A DNA stretch of 63,757 bases, filler included, from Reticulomyxa filosa (taxonomy: Eukaryota > Protista > Foraminifera): the NCBI GenBank assembly GCA_000512085.1. It is 25 parts of 25 records of this genome, joined end to end, with 100 filler letters (N's around TTAATTAATTAA, not from the genome) between each part and the next. Parts side by side here need not be neighbours in the genome. Positions count along the whole stretch, not along the records: positions 1 to 1,170 come from ASPP01033163.1; positions 1,271 to 2,508 come from ASPP01043821.1; positions 2,609 to 9,617 come from ASPP01004510.1; positions 9,718 to 13,222 come from ASPP01049127.1; 21 more parts are not named here. One strand, given 5' to 3'. The notes beneath the pieces are model-generated. The model did no database searches. It saw only the letters and a program-made list of their open reading frames with translations, and was not told where the DNA came from. Numbering within the stretch: the stretch's first letter is position 1; each line of letters starts with the position of its first letter. The translations under genes and the position numbers were made by a program. Of this stretch, positions 1 to 12,639 are shown one piece after another.

Positions 1-1170
1 CGTATTTTCTTTTTCTTTTCCATTCACAATTTGATCAATACTTGACCAATCTATACATGTGACAATCAAAAACATATGTTTATATAATTATTACAAAAAA
101 TAAAGATAAAAATAACTTGACATGACCACATGCGTCACGTTTGGTTTGGAGACAGCTCTATTTGTTCGGGGGTTATCAATTAAGTTCCCCATAAATGATT
201 TGCGCTGTTGTTAGTTGTAGTATGATCAGGATCAGTTTGTGGATTTGAGATATTGTGCAATGAGGCTTTGTGGTCATTTGGGTGACATGTGATTTGATAG
301 CAATAAGTGGTATTGGAGAGACCATGCCTTGGGGAAAATAGCTCTGGATGTGCAAAAAAAGGATCTATATCACCAATGACTTGCAATTTAATTGCTAGTC
401 AGTTGTGTAGCAGATATCCTTATTTGCGCAAACAGCGCTTCTTCCACCTTAAAGGCAGGTGCTGCTCCATGTTATGGCGACTGACTTTTCATTATAATTT
501 CCACCACCAATTGCAGCTGATCTGGTCATGTGTAAAAGTAGTCATTGTCATCATTTTTGTCATTGTCGTCCATGTTCCATTTTTTGCGCAACATCTACGA
601 CATATACAAATTTTTTTGTTGTTTTTTTTTTAAAAAAAAAAGGAGAAAAAAAAAAAGAACATAACATCGAATTATCGAACAATATTTGAAAAATATTGCT
701 GATTGACTTGTGGCTTGTGGAATATCGACTTGTTGGTTCATGACAAAGTCGCTCGTGTTGACGATAAGCTTGTAGGGGACGTTGGACTTTGAATAAATTT
801 GAAAGCGGAGCGCTATACGTTGGAAATGCAGAATTGATGAGACTGCATATATTGTTGATAGCCAAATTCGGCTTTCGCGTCATCGTGGTGCACAAGCCAT
901 TCATCAAATGTTATATTCTCTTCTGGCTGTCCAAATCATTTGCATACTCCATTCGACTGTTATGATCTTGTCATCAATATTACGCCCACTTCTACTTCAA
1001 TACTCTCAAATACGCTATATATTTTTTTTTTTTAAAATCTATTTTAAATCAAACCCATCATAGATACAATCTTCCTCCCCCTTACTTTCTCTTGCTGTAC
1101 GTAACCCTCTATTTTTTTTCATGACATTTTTTTTTCATTAGATCTTTCTATCCATGTTGTTTACCTGTAT

Positions 1171-1270
1171 NNNNNNNNNNNNNNNNNNNNNNNNNNNNNN
1201 NNNNNNNNNNNNNNTTAATTAATTAANNNNNNNNNNNNNNNNNNNNNNNNNNNNNNNNNNNNNNNNNNNN
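1171..1270. other. Artificial contig linker (44N-TTAATTAATTAA-44N), first of 24
   Basis: The identical 100-bp spacer, with stops in all six frames, also starts at 2509, 9618, 13223, 15408, 16556, 24317, 27039, 28702, 30725, 34689, 38411, 39639, 41257, 42733, 44239, 47640, 48740, 50240, 53293, 55312, 59660, 60781 and 61934. Confidence 0.99.
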
Positions 1271-1754
1271 TGTTTGAAACCCAAGCGCGCACTCGAACAG
1301 CAAGAACTCAATTTGTCACATCACAAGGATTTGCTGTTATTGTGCCCGTTCCTCTTTCATGTCACCTAATGTTGTAATTGTTATTTGGATCCATTGCTTA
1401 AAAGAGTATTTTTTTTTGTATACATATTCAACACAATATCTTTATACGTAAATTCATTTTTTATTTGTATGTATGTATGTATGTGGTATGTGTTGCTCCG
1501 AAATTTTTAAATAGACATTTCAATGTGTAACAATGGAGTTTTGAAATACGAATGGACAAGTTTTTGCTGTTACATTGCCATGAAAGAAACGCAAATGTGG
1601 GGGGTATTCAAGACATTGAAAAGAACTTAGCCAGCAATAAACAATCGTATAAAAATCAAATTGAAAAGACCAATCCAAAGAAAAATTGAATAATTTGAAA
1701 ACAGTCCCTTTGTCCAACTCTGCAAGACTTGCGTGAAAAACAATACATGAAGAT

Positions 1755-2508
1755 ATGACGAAATATCTTTGGGATAATATCAAACAGCAATTAAAGACAA
1801 AGAGCGAAAAAGCGAGGGAAGAAGTAGAAATGAATGATAACAGCATCGATAACGAGGACAAGACAACGCCACTTCCGCAAACACCATTGTCAAAAAATTC
1901 AATTCAAGATTGGGGACTATGTGAAGTCTTATCTCGAGTGAAAGTGGGAAATGGTGTGAAGTACATTGGAGAAACCGATTTGATGAAAGGAGAGATCATC
2001 GACTTGGAGTTGGGAACACATGGAACCCTTAGGGCACAATGACACCAGTGTAAGGAAAGAAACATTTTCGCATGAAATGGCCACGACGTACATTGGCCTC
2101 AATAGGCATTTCTCAATTCGTGGTCCATTTGGTAAAGCCATTGGACCCGAAAATTCCCAATGCGACCTTCAAATTGAGACAATTAAAAACCGACAATTGT
2201 ATAGTTTTCGTCAATTGAGGGGGCGACAGATGTCATCAAAAACATTGGTTATCCTCCTTTTGTCGAGACGAAGTTGTTGGGATTGAATTGGAGGAGTGGC
2301 AATATCATCTTTGACACGTTACCTGGACGCGATATCTTTGCAAGACGAAACGAAATCGAAAAGTTTAATCCAGCGAAAAAAGAAACTGGAAGAGGCAAGG
2401 ACTCAATTTGAAAATTGGAGACAAAGTCAATGTAACCAAGAATTGTTCCGAATGATCAAATATGTTGGCTCACTGATCAAGGAATCGTTGCATTGAATTA
2501 GGTTTGTT
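1755..2508 (+). pseudogene. Multi-CAP-Gly-domain protein, frameshifted
   Basis: CAP-Gly motifs are spread over shifting frames: FKIGDYVK / VKYIGETDLMKGEIIDLELG / GHNDTSV; then IELEEW; then NLKIGDKVNV..IKYVG. Confidence 0.7.
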
Positions 2509-2608
2509 NNNNNNNNNNNNNNNNNNNNNNNNNNNNNNNNNNNNNNNNNNNNTTAATTAATTAANNNNNNNNNNNNNNNNNNNNNNNNNNNNNNNNNNNN
2601 NNNNNNNN

Positions 2609-3000
2609 TTTTTTTTATTTTTTTATTTCTATTTAAGATGATAGGAGAATTTGGGGGAAAAGAAAATGAAGGGAAAAATAGATTGGAAAAAGGGATGGGA
2701 AAAGAAAAAAGGGTGGAAAACGTTGTGGGAAAATTTTTTTTAAGGAAGATGAAGAAAAATAAAAAAATGAATAATAAGAATTTGAAAAAAAATGAAAAAA
2801 AAATGCTGAAAAATGTAAAAAAAATAAAATAAAAAATGATGTCAATGAGAAAAAAAAAAGATAGTAATGATAAAAAAAATGAAAAAAAAAAAAGCAAAAA
2901 AAAGAGCAAAAAAAAGAGCAAAAAAAAGAGCAAAAAAGACAAAAAAGATAAAAAAAGATAAAAAAAGAGTAAAAAAAATTAAAGAAATTGTAAAGAAAAA
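2609..3000 (+). repeat. Strand-biased purine/A-rich low-complexity tract
   Basis: Runs such as (aaaaaaagagc)n and gggaaaa, with almost no pyrimidine runs. It produces spurious poly-K and poly-F ORFs. Confidence 0.9.
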
Positions 3001-5900
3001 ATGGAGATTGTTCCATTGAAAACTTGGAAAATGTGCGTATTGCCACGCGCACGAACATCAAACTGATGAATAGAAGTGGCCAGAGTCTTGGATGCAACGA
3101 GGGTGTTGGAGAAGTTTGCGAGCCGACGAACAAGACAGATTTTATCGTTGTGGAAATTGGAGCAAATTTTATGTCGAATCAGCAATCGAGGAGCGTAGAT
3201 CGATCAATATCGAACTTAGCGTGTACGTGCGCGTATTTGCAACTTTGGATTTATTGTCGTGATAGTACCAATGAATGAGCGCGAGTGAAGCGTTGCAAAT
3301 GGAGAAAGAGCAAGAAATAGAAAAAATTGTTGTGTTTTTTTACTCCATAGTTGCAAGGGTCGCGTGCATTGCATTTATCAAACAAGAGTCGATTATCTTC
3401 GTTGAACAGTATCCGGACCAACTGTGAGCGGACTAGCGACTATTGGATGCGACGCAATACTTTCTATTCATTGCATTATTCCAGCGTTTGGAGGACAATG
3501 GATCGTCATTGCAAATATATTCGTATCATCAACATGAGCCCGTTCGACAATTTAACAGAATAATAAGTCGATATCGCGTTGGATTTGTTTGAAAGAAAAG
3601 AAAAGCAGTCGGCCGGCATTGTTGAACTTGGTTATAAAATCTCTCTTCATTTCAGGAAAAGCGCAAATTCGCCATTCGAGCGCGTGTACTAGCTTAACAT
3701 ATCGCACCTCAATGGAAAATGCTAAAGGAGTGCGGCAATGTTTGGAAATGGAAACTAGAAGCATTAGAAAGAATTTATTTTCAACGTAGTTGCATTCAAG
3801 TCTGCGAATAACTCTTGGCGTGGCATAGCACCAAAGATTGAGCCGAAATGAGATTTACGATGGTCAAAGAACGATGAAAACTTGGTCGTTATGGAAATGA
3901 TCCTATTTTTATTAACACATAGATCTTGCAGCAACTGGTCGTGTGCGTACGCAAACTCGCAACTTGGATTTTGGATAGTAAGCTCGCAAACGACGTAAAG
4001 AATTGTTGATTGGTGAAGAAAGATAGACAGCTAGTTGCATTTTCCGATTCATTGTTGCAAGAGTTGTGTGCCTTGCGTTTGTCTAGCAAGCGACTATTAT
4101 CTCTGTTGAACTTCTTCCGGGATCGACTATTGATACAGACGACGTGTTGGTGGCACTCAAGAAGTAAGAAAAAAGAGTGATAGCGAATACGTCTAATAAA
4201 AAAATAGAATATGCAAATATTTCACTCCATCATTGCAAATGCTCGCGTTCGTTCAATCAGGTCAAAGTGTGTTCATCGTCACAACGCCGACGATAGCAGA
4301 TGGACTCGTAGTTGGAAAATATCGCGATATGGAGTGGAGCAGTCGGACAAGATTCTAACGGGACCAATCACAAACAATATCTAGACCTTGGTCCGCCAGA
4401 ACACAAAAGCAAGCTCGCCAGTAAGAAGAAAAAAGAAGACGGTGATAGCACGCAAAGTGAAAACGACGCCGACATTATGGTGTAGCAACGACTGCAGCGA
4501 CTGGATCGACGAAGAAGTGAAAGATGAGAAAGAAAAGACTTGGGCGTTGTGAAAAAATAAGCGACATTGCGATCAACAAACTACTACATCGGGTGGATCA
4601 TTGTATGTAAGAGTGGTTCATTTCGTTGTTCGAAATTCACAAGACACCGGCAAGAAAATATATGAATATGATGGTGTGAGGATGAAGAAATAAAAAGAAT
4701 TGCAGGTTTGTATCGAGTTGGATTTGGTCAAAAGAAAAAAAAAATCAGTTGACCGGTCTTATTGAAATTGGTTATGGACTTGCTCTTTATGTCTCGAAAC
4801 GCGCAAAGTCGATACTCGCGAGCGTCGACTAACTTCCAATAGTGGAAAATGTCGGATGAATATGACGATATCTAGCAGTGGTAGACCGAAGTATTTGAAA
4901 GAAGTTGTTTGTAATCAACATATGCAAACACAATGCTCTGGAGCTTTGCCACGCCAATAGTTATCGGCAAAAAAAGTATTCAACTGCGATATACAGGCGC
5001 CAACGGGCAAGTTAATCTCTGAGGGTAGGTTGTTGTCCTGCGTTTATAAAATTATGTCCATTTCCATAACGACCAAGTTTGTGCAATCGTGTCGAAACAT
5101 GGTCGTGTGCGTACGCACATGCGCAAATTTGGATTTTAAATTATACTCATACTGATGGGAGGAATCGTAAGTTCGCGGGCGACACTGAACAATGCGCGTT
5201 CTCAGACATGGACAAACTTCACATAGTGCGCCTCCTCCCCTCTCGCCACCCTCAAATGGAATCTGCTGCAAGTGTGGTACAATGTCAAGAGCATTGCCAA
5301 TTATGCTTATGGCGATAACGACCAAATGCAGTCCGTGCTATCTTTTACTCATTTGCCAATTGTCTCAGCACATTGGACTGATGTTGTGAGCGTCAATACT
5401 TGGGTCCCGTTGCTGTATTCCAGTCGAGAATTGGATCGACTATTCAAAAGTCGCTCCATTATCTAGGAACAAGAAAAAGGCTTGGATATTAACAATGTGT
5501 GATGGTGCTGGAACGAGACAATATTTTATGTAAGCAGTGGAGCCCCTCCCATCATTTCCACATGGGCTTGTTGTTATTCGGCTGGTCATTAATGCGCGCC
5601 TGTTCCAAGTTTCGTTACCTATCGTTATATCGTGTTTGGGTCCATTGGCTGAAAAAGTTTTTATATATATACATTTTTTTTTAAATATGTACATATTCAA
5701 AAATTAATAGCAACACAACATCTTTATACGTATATTGATTATTTATTTGTGTGTATGTGGTATGTGTTGCTTGAAATTTTTCATAGATATTTTAAAGTCT
5801 AACAATGGAATTTTGGAATGTGGATGGACAAGCTTTTGCTGTTTACATTGCCATTTTGCTGCAGCGAGTTCCCAGCAATAATAGCAACAGTGACAGCAAC
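3000..5900 (+). pseudogene. Degenerate large protein with long internal helical (HEAT/ARM-like) repeats; unknown family
   Basis: Recurring blocks: (W)SCAYAxxQLWIL at ~3220, 3938 and 5101; LQELCALRLSSK..RDRL at ~3351 and 4055; LVxxLFxSxxAQ at ~3630 and 4770. Many stops and frameshifts. Confidence 0.6.
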
Positions 5901-6489
5901 GGCAAAGTACAAGTGGAAAAATCATTACCGAATTGTTGCTGAGTGATAATCCAATATGCTATCGAGTCATGGAAGGCCACACTACAACGCACAAGTCGTC
6001 ATTTTTCCAATAAAATTTATTTGTTCATCATTGAACAAATATCGTTTTTAATAGAGGCGTTCATCAAATATGGATCATTGTATTGAGTTTTGAGTTACAT
6101 ACATTTGGAAAAAGAAATTGAAGATCCATATGTGTAATGTGGCCCATGATGGATTGAAAGTGGTGATCTGATGATATGTTGATTGTATGAGCAACCTATA
6201 TTCCAAGTTATAATGTTTTCTTATAATGTGATCGGAAAATAGTTGAAACATATATAATCAACACACATACGTAACATAGATTTTCAAAGAACACAATCTT
6301 GTCTATCAGTCAATTGGAAAGAGTGTAGCGGTGCCAGCAAAAGTAAAGCGATTGAAACAATGCAAAATTGGTGGTACATTCGATTCAATCAAAATTTGAG
6401 ACAAGTATCAAATGCTTGCAAAAATTGTTTGTTGTGTGAATTGTAGTGTCTTTTGATTTTTTTAAATAATAATTTCAATTCCTCCTCCG

Positions 6490-7270
6490 GCTCACTTGAT
6501 ATCTTCAAATTATAATAATCGTAAACATTTCTGAGCTTTAGTAATATTCCTGGCAAAAAAAAGACTTCGAGTATGAGTAGATGGAAAGACGAATACGTAT
6601 AACAGAAAGGAACAATAAGATAATAAAGACAATAACTTACCACTGTACATTAGTACATTTCCATTAAAAAGTTGTGTCCATGAAGGGACCCCACAAATGT
6701 GCCTTCCATATCGTGACACTTCTTTTTTTTTTTTAGTTCAAAAAAAGGGGAGTGGAATTTTTTTTTTTGAGGTTTCAAAATTTGTAGTGGGACCCTTGTT
6801 CGACGACCCATCAGAACTCACGATATTGACTCTGTTGTATGAACCATCAGCGACTTGGCAGTATCCAAACAAATTGATGCAATGATGTGATGTATAATTT
6901 TGAAAAACTGAAGCGATGATAAAGTGTTATGTGACGGCAATCCGCCGTTTTCGCAACATACAATAAATGACTCCTTTTCAACAACATCCAACACTGGAGA
7001 TTGTCCGTCATGTCGCATATGTAAAACGTATCATGGTGATTCAAGTAGTCCAAATTCTCCTTATCTATTGTTACCTCACGGACCATTCGCAAGTACTCCT
7101 GGACATATTTCAGGGAGTGTTTGCTTTGGCTAGTTCTCACTGTGTCGTCATTACTCTTAGAAGAAGGATCAAAGACGAGATACACTCTCCCAATAAGCTT
7201 TTGAAAAATGCTTCTTCTGTGATTGGAAAACTTAAAAAATGGTATGTAAGATCTTATTTTTGACATTTTC
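6490..7270 (-). pseudogene. Ornithine decarboxylase/antizyme-inhibitor-like relic lacking most of the TIM barrel
   Basis: Collinear ODC-like motifs: DTFYICDM (cf. DAFYVADL), IVCCENG (IIAEPG), YCQVADGSYNRVNIV (YYVNDGVYGSFNCI), HLWGPFMD (SIWGPTCD), NVYDYY/FEDI (VGDWMLFENM). Frameshifts and two GT-AG introns are present. Confidence 0.55.
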
Positions 7271-7914
7271 GTTGATAAAGAAAAGGGGGATTTTTGTTGT
7301 TGGTCCTTAAACACTGACAAAAACTGTTTGCTAACGTTTCTGAATTTGAAAAATCTTAAATATATTCCTTTCTATCAAAATTGCTTGTAGTTAATAGAAC
7401 TTAATTTCATATGTTTAACATCTTTTTGATTGCACAAATAAATGAAATGAACATACATAATATTATCATATTATATGAATCGAACAAAAAAGACAACATT
7501 TGATGACAATTTTGAGATACTTTATTGTTGTACATTATTGGGAAATAGACATTATTGCATTGAATTTCCAACATATTTATGTTGTTCTAAGTTGGTACAA
7601 GAATGTGTGGACATTTTTGATTTTTTCAAAAAGATCGAATAAAGTTTGTTTGATACAAATAAAAAGACAATATTCGCAACTTATAGGAGTAATTTCAATT
7701 TGCATTTTAAAAGAAAATTGGCTTGAAATTGTTAAATTTTATTGATCGTAATTTTTTCTGCTAAGTTAAACGAATTTTGTTTTCATTATTTCGATATTAC
7801 ATTAACATTGAAAGTTAGGTTAATATTAAACAAAACAACAACCAACAAAATTAGTTTTCTTTTTTGTATTTTAGATAAATAAGCGATTGTTGATATGGTA
7901 TCTTTTGAAAAAAG

Positions 7915-9600
7915 TCACTTACATCTCAACGCCAGTGCTTTCATTTTTTTTTGCAAAAACGGATTTGACGTTGTCCGTATAACATTCACATGATTTGGCC
8001 AAAAGATATCCAGAGGCTCATAGCATTGAGATTTGGGGACCATGTGCACCTGGTTAGCCATTAATTCCAACGTAGCGACATTCTGTTCCAGCAGCAAGTA
8101 AATAGTGATTTTAAACTTCTTTTTGTTTCTGGAGTCAAATGACACATTATATTCGAGGACATTTGGAGTTTGATTTTCGACATTGAGCTAAGTTCTTCGA
8201 TTAGAGGCTTGATGCTATTCACCGAGCTGTCTTATCTCCGATGGCTCTATCCTCGTATCTGGAGTAAGTCGAAAATGGTGTGTCACTCCTTCGTTTTGTA
8301 TTCCCTTTGAAGGCGTAGCCGGAGACGCCACTCTAAAATGTTTTTGGGGTTTCGAGTGTCCAAACCATTTCTTTTTTTCATTTCCTTCAAATGCTTTAGC
8401 GCATGCACTACGATGATGATTGATATATTTCACCAAACAATTTCAAAACTTTCCAACATTGAAGAAACTGAGCAAACAGGATGATAAATATTGACAATAT
8501 GTTTCGAGTTTTTATTGATTTTTTGTTTTTCTCATCTTCCACGCGAATCATTTTTGTTTGAATTGAGCAAAATCAAAGCATCCAGATTCCACAGTTATAT
8601 CAAGTGGTGTATGAGGACCCAATTAATTTTCTATAATAATCCAATTTTTGTTAAGAAAATCCTGTATCGATTCTGATGTATTGTGAAATTGAATGCATTC
8701 ACGCGCGGAGGCAACATATGTGTCTGCTGCTCTAACGTTAATGTATTTTTTTAGATGCACTTGCACAAATCTGGGACCATTTCCAAAAGTATGTTCATCA
8801 ATACATTGTTTTGATACTTGTTATTGCCTTCGGGCAAATGCACACTCCAAACTTTTTGGAAAGGTAATTCAAAATCAATTTGTTTGGAGTGACATAGTGT
8901 TTCAACACATTGACCAAAGTTTCATGTGAACACTGCAATGAAAAGGAAGAAGAGGGACATTTATATTATTGTGCGGCTGTTTGTATTGTTTGAGTGGCAA
9001 GCGTTTTAATTTTTCCAATCTGTTGTCTTGACAACTGTGTCACTCCAATATATTTGACAATGCCGGTTCCTTTTTCTACCAACAGGATGCGATCTCCGAT
9101 GTTCAAGTGAATGTTGTGCTTGATAATGGCCTGTTGATTCCTTAATATACATATATGTATACATTTTTTTTTTATGTCATTTGTTCATTTGAATAAACAA
9201 AATAAAATTATAAATGATAAATTATTATTAAAATAAACTTGTTCGTCCTACAGCTATCATTCACTTGCAATTTTCCAATAATTTTACTCAATTCCTCCTT
9301 TTGCAGCTCATTTTCTTTTTCTTCCAAATTCTTGAGCTGCTCTTCCATGCTGATCTTGTTGCTCATTCGCGGATGGTACTCTTCGTTCAACAGATAATTC
9401 AGTTTTTTTGAGTCCTTATCCGGTTTTGCAACTAAAGTACCACTTTCCATTTTTTTGACCCCATCTCTCACATTTTCGTCCCATTCGTTGAGTTTCACAC
9501 TACTGACAAACTTTTTACCTTTACCAAAGTCAGGAGTGCCAGAGTATCTGACAATCCAAAACCCAAAGCAATTCAATCCAAAATGTTCTTATAAAATAAT
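7915..9600 (-). pseudogene. Multi-CAP-Gly-domain protein, degenerate
   Basis: IVRYSGTPDFGKGKKFVSSVKLNEWDENVRDG; HLNIGDRILLVEKGTGIVKYIG; VKYIN..KKWFG..KHF. The segment 8755-8850 is a close nucleotide paralog of 30631-30724. Confidence 0.75.
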
Positions 9601-9717
9601 GTGTCCCCTCCCCCCCCNNNNNNNNNNNNNNNNNNNNNNNNNNNNNNNNNNNNNNNNNNNNTTAATTAATTAANNNNNNNNNNNNNNNNNNNNNNNNNNN
9701 NNNNNNNNNNNNNNNNN

Positions 9718-9931
9718 ACATAAATCACAGATGCGACAATTGGAAGCACTTCAAGAGCAGCAACTTGATAACAATCAAATGGCTTCTAACGTCAGAGCTC
9801 CGAGCATTTCAAACAACTTTACTCGATTCCGTAGTGGAACTTTGCAAGTTACAGACGATTTACAAATTCGTCGTTCATTCAAAAAAAAAAGGCCCCCCCC
9901 CTCTCTCTCTCTCTCACGTGTTGAACTGAAA

Positions 9932-9964
<33 letters not shown>

Positions 9965-11509
9965 CAAATATAACAATATACACGCGACACATGCAAAAAA
10001 AAAGTCAATGTCAATCAATCCATTTGAACTGGAACCCTCTCCACGTGACAACGCGGGTGGCTCTCACCGAGCCATGCCCTCAATGAGCGCAAAGTCCAAC
10101 TCAATCTACCAACTGGACCTCGGATCTGCTCTTCAGCGCAAAATGACGAACCACGACTTGTTCGAGTTTTACAAGGAACACCATCGTCGCACGTCGTTGT
10201 CGTCGGTCACAATGAAACACTCCAGAAGCGAGTCGGGCTTGATTGTGGAGGAGCACAAGGTGCTCGATGGGGATGGACACAGACATGACTTTGCGCAAAC
10301 TGCGAGCGAGTGGATTGCCAAGGTTGAGTCCTTGCTACACGATCAGGTCGACGGGGTCAAGCAGACACTTCAACAAGAGATCAAACAGATCAATCACGAC
10401 TTGGTCAACACGGCCGCGTTTCGAAAGACGTTAAATCAAAACGATCAGATTGCCGATGTTGACGCTAATTCGTCTCAGCAAACACAAGTCGTCGCTTCCT
10501 CACATTCGCCTCCCAACAAAGACATTGAACAAGCGTTGCAAGGAGTCGAAAGGCTGCTCGATGAAAAACTGATGCAATTTAAAGTGCAGATCACACAAAA
10601 GGATGCACAGGTTCGGATATTTCCTTTTGACTAAAAAAAAACATAAACTGGGGCTCGCACCATTTTTATTTGTGTGTGTGTGTGTGTGGGTTTTTTTTTT
10701 TTTTTTTAATGTTCACTGCATGCATGCATGCATGCATGCTATGTCTGTCTCTCTTTCTTTACGTATAATAAAGTCCGATGACTTGACCAAAATCTTGCAA
10801 AATCAACTCGAAGAGTACAAACGCAAATTGCAGTTCGCCAATATTGATACGGTGCAACCACATAGCGATACAAACAACGTGAATCAATTGCCTTTGCAAC
10901 AAACAGAATACTTAATGCAACGCATGGAGCAATCGGACGAAAAGATGCAAGATCTTGCTCGCGATATTACTCATTTCTTTGGCGAGATACACTTGCTTCA
11001 ACAAGAAAAAGAAAAACAATATGCTTCCCAAAATGCTGCAAATACAATTCAAAAGGATGAAAAGAAAATCGAACCGGACAACACGAATACAAACGAAACA
11101 TTGAATCAACTGGCTTATGTTGGTAAATCGCTACAAGAAATTTCTCAGAACCTGGAGCAGTTGCAATTGGAAAATACAAAAATTCGAGACGACTACAATC
11201 GTGTCAAGTTAGCAAATACGTATAATGACTCCGATTTATTCTATTGCTGTTGCTCTGTTTCACATTGTTTGTAATAGAGAGCAGAATCGTGACTTGATTG
11301 AAGCTACGAAAAAACTTACGCTTGAAAAAGATCAAATTGCCGAGAGCAAGCGTTCGATGGTGCGAAAACTCAATGATGAAATGGAAATTTTGAGAAAGGA
11401 GATCGTACAGATTGGAAAGCAACAAATGGAATCCCAACTCAATGAACAAGCAAAAAATGAAAAACGAAATTGGTTTGGAGGACTATTTGGCACTTTTATA
11501 AGCTTGTAA
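9718..11509 (+). CDS. Hypothetical coiled-coil protein, 5'-partial, 4 exons (~9718-9872, 10005-10610, 10773-11207, 11278-11509)
   Basis: Long Q/E/L-rich heptad-like ORFs are joined by GT-AG introns and end NWFGGLFGTFISL*. Confidence 0.7.
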
Positions 11510-12639
11510 AATATTCTTTCTTTTGTGAATGAAGGATTTTAATAAATTGATTTTTTTGTTTTTCAATACTGAAAAACATCTTATACTGTTATTCACATAT
11601 TTTTTTATTGCAAACGTGCATCGTTTGTCGTTTGGAAAATGTTAATATTTTGGATTTGAGTAATTTTTTATTTTTATTCATTGTGATTCTTTTCAATGCA
11701 TTTTTCTCCACACTTTATATTAATTATTGTCACTACCAATCGATTATATTTTTAACAACAGACGCAATAAAAAAAATGAAGATTATGTAGGGATATATAA
11801 AATAGCAAATTGAGAAAAAAGGCTGAAATAAAGACAAGTGTCACATTTCTTTTCTCCAAAAGTTAAATTATAAAGAATGAAAAAAAATACAAATTGCGGT
11901 GTGTTGAATTTTTTTTCAATTATTTTTTCTTTGTTGTAGGAAAGTGCGACTAAGTGTAATACGAAAAGAGCTTTGTTCGAAAACAAAATGTAGTAAGCTC
12001 TCACAAAGACAGGAAAACAACGAAAACAAGAAAGAAGAAGCGTTGTTTGCTGAGAGTTTAGCCTACTGAGGGGCTCCCCATTCTTTTAGAGCTTGGCCTA
12101 TAGGAGTTCGCCCTATTTTTTTTTAAATTAAAAACTAATATGAGAAACAAACTGTTTGTTTTAAGCTCGTATTAAATTATTCTTGTTATTTGAAGTTTTG
12201 TATAAGTAAAACTTATTGTCGAAGATATTGAACGCGAAAATATACATTGTTTTCTTAAAATAAATACTATTGGTCAGAAGAGTGATAAGCTATTAGTAGC
12301 AATGACCAAAAACAAATATCACATTTTTACAAAACGGTAACAAATAATGAATATTTCTTATTTTAATCTGTAAGACATTTCAAAGTGTTACACAAAGTGT
12401 TTCTTTATTATATGATATACCATTGGAGTTACAAGCATTAACAGTTTCCATTCAATTAAGCTGTTGTTTTTTTACACCGAGCATCTAGTTAAGTTACTTG
12501 GTTCAAGTTTTGGACCTTTTTAGGAAAAAACATTTTTGAGAATCATGATAGATACAGTTGGGACTTGTGAAGGCATCAAATGTGAGATGTTTTTTTTTAT
12601 CTTTCTTATTTACATCTTTTCTGCATAATCTTTCATAGT

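Noticed and set aside
1215-1226. Recurrent TTAATTAATTAA palindrome as a biological repeat or CRISPR-like array
   Set aside because: It is always centred in exactly 88 Ns, so it is an artificial six-frame-stop linker.
5272-5500. Possible P-loop GTPase (LPIVS..LDRLF..KG) at the end of the repeat-family gene
   Set aside because: No GxxxxGKS motif is recoverable in any frame.
10717-10739. Self-complementary (TGCA)n run in an intron
   Set aside because: It is an ordinary microsatellite in a microsatellite-rich genome.
12055-12125. Short GC-richer island followed by a T-run; possible Pol III RNA or SINE
   Set aside because: No cloverleaf, no convincing A/B boxes and no second copy in the window.
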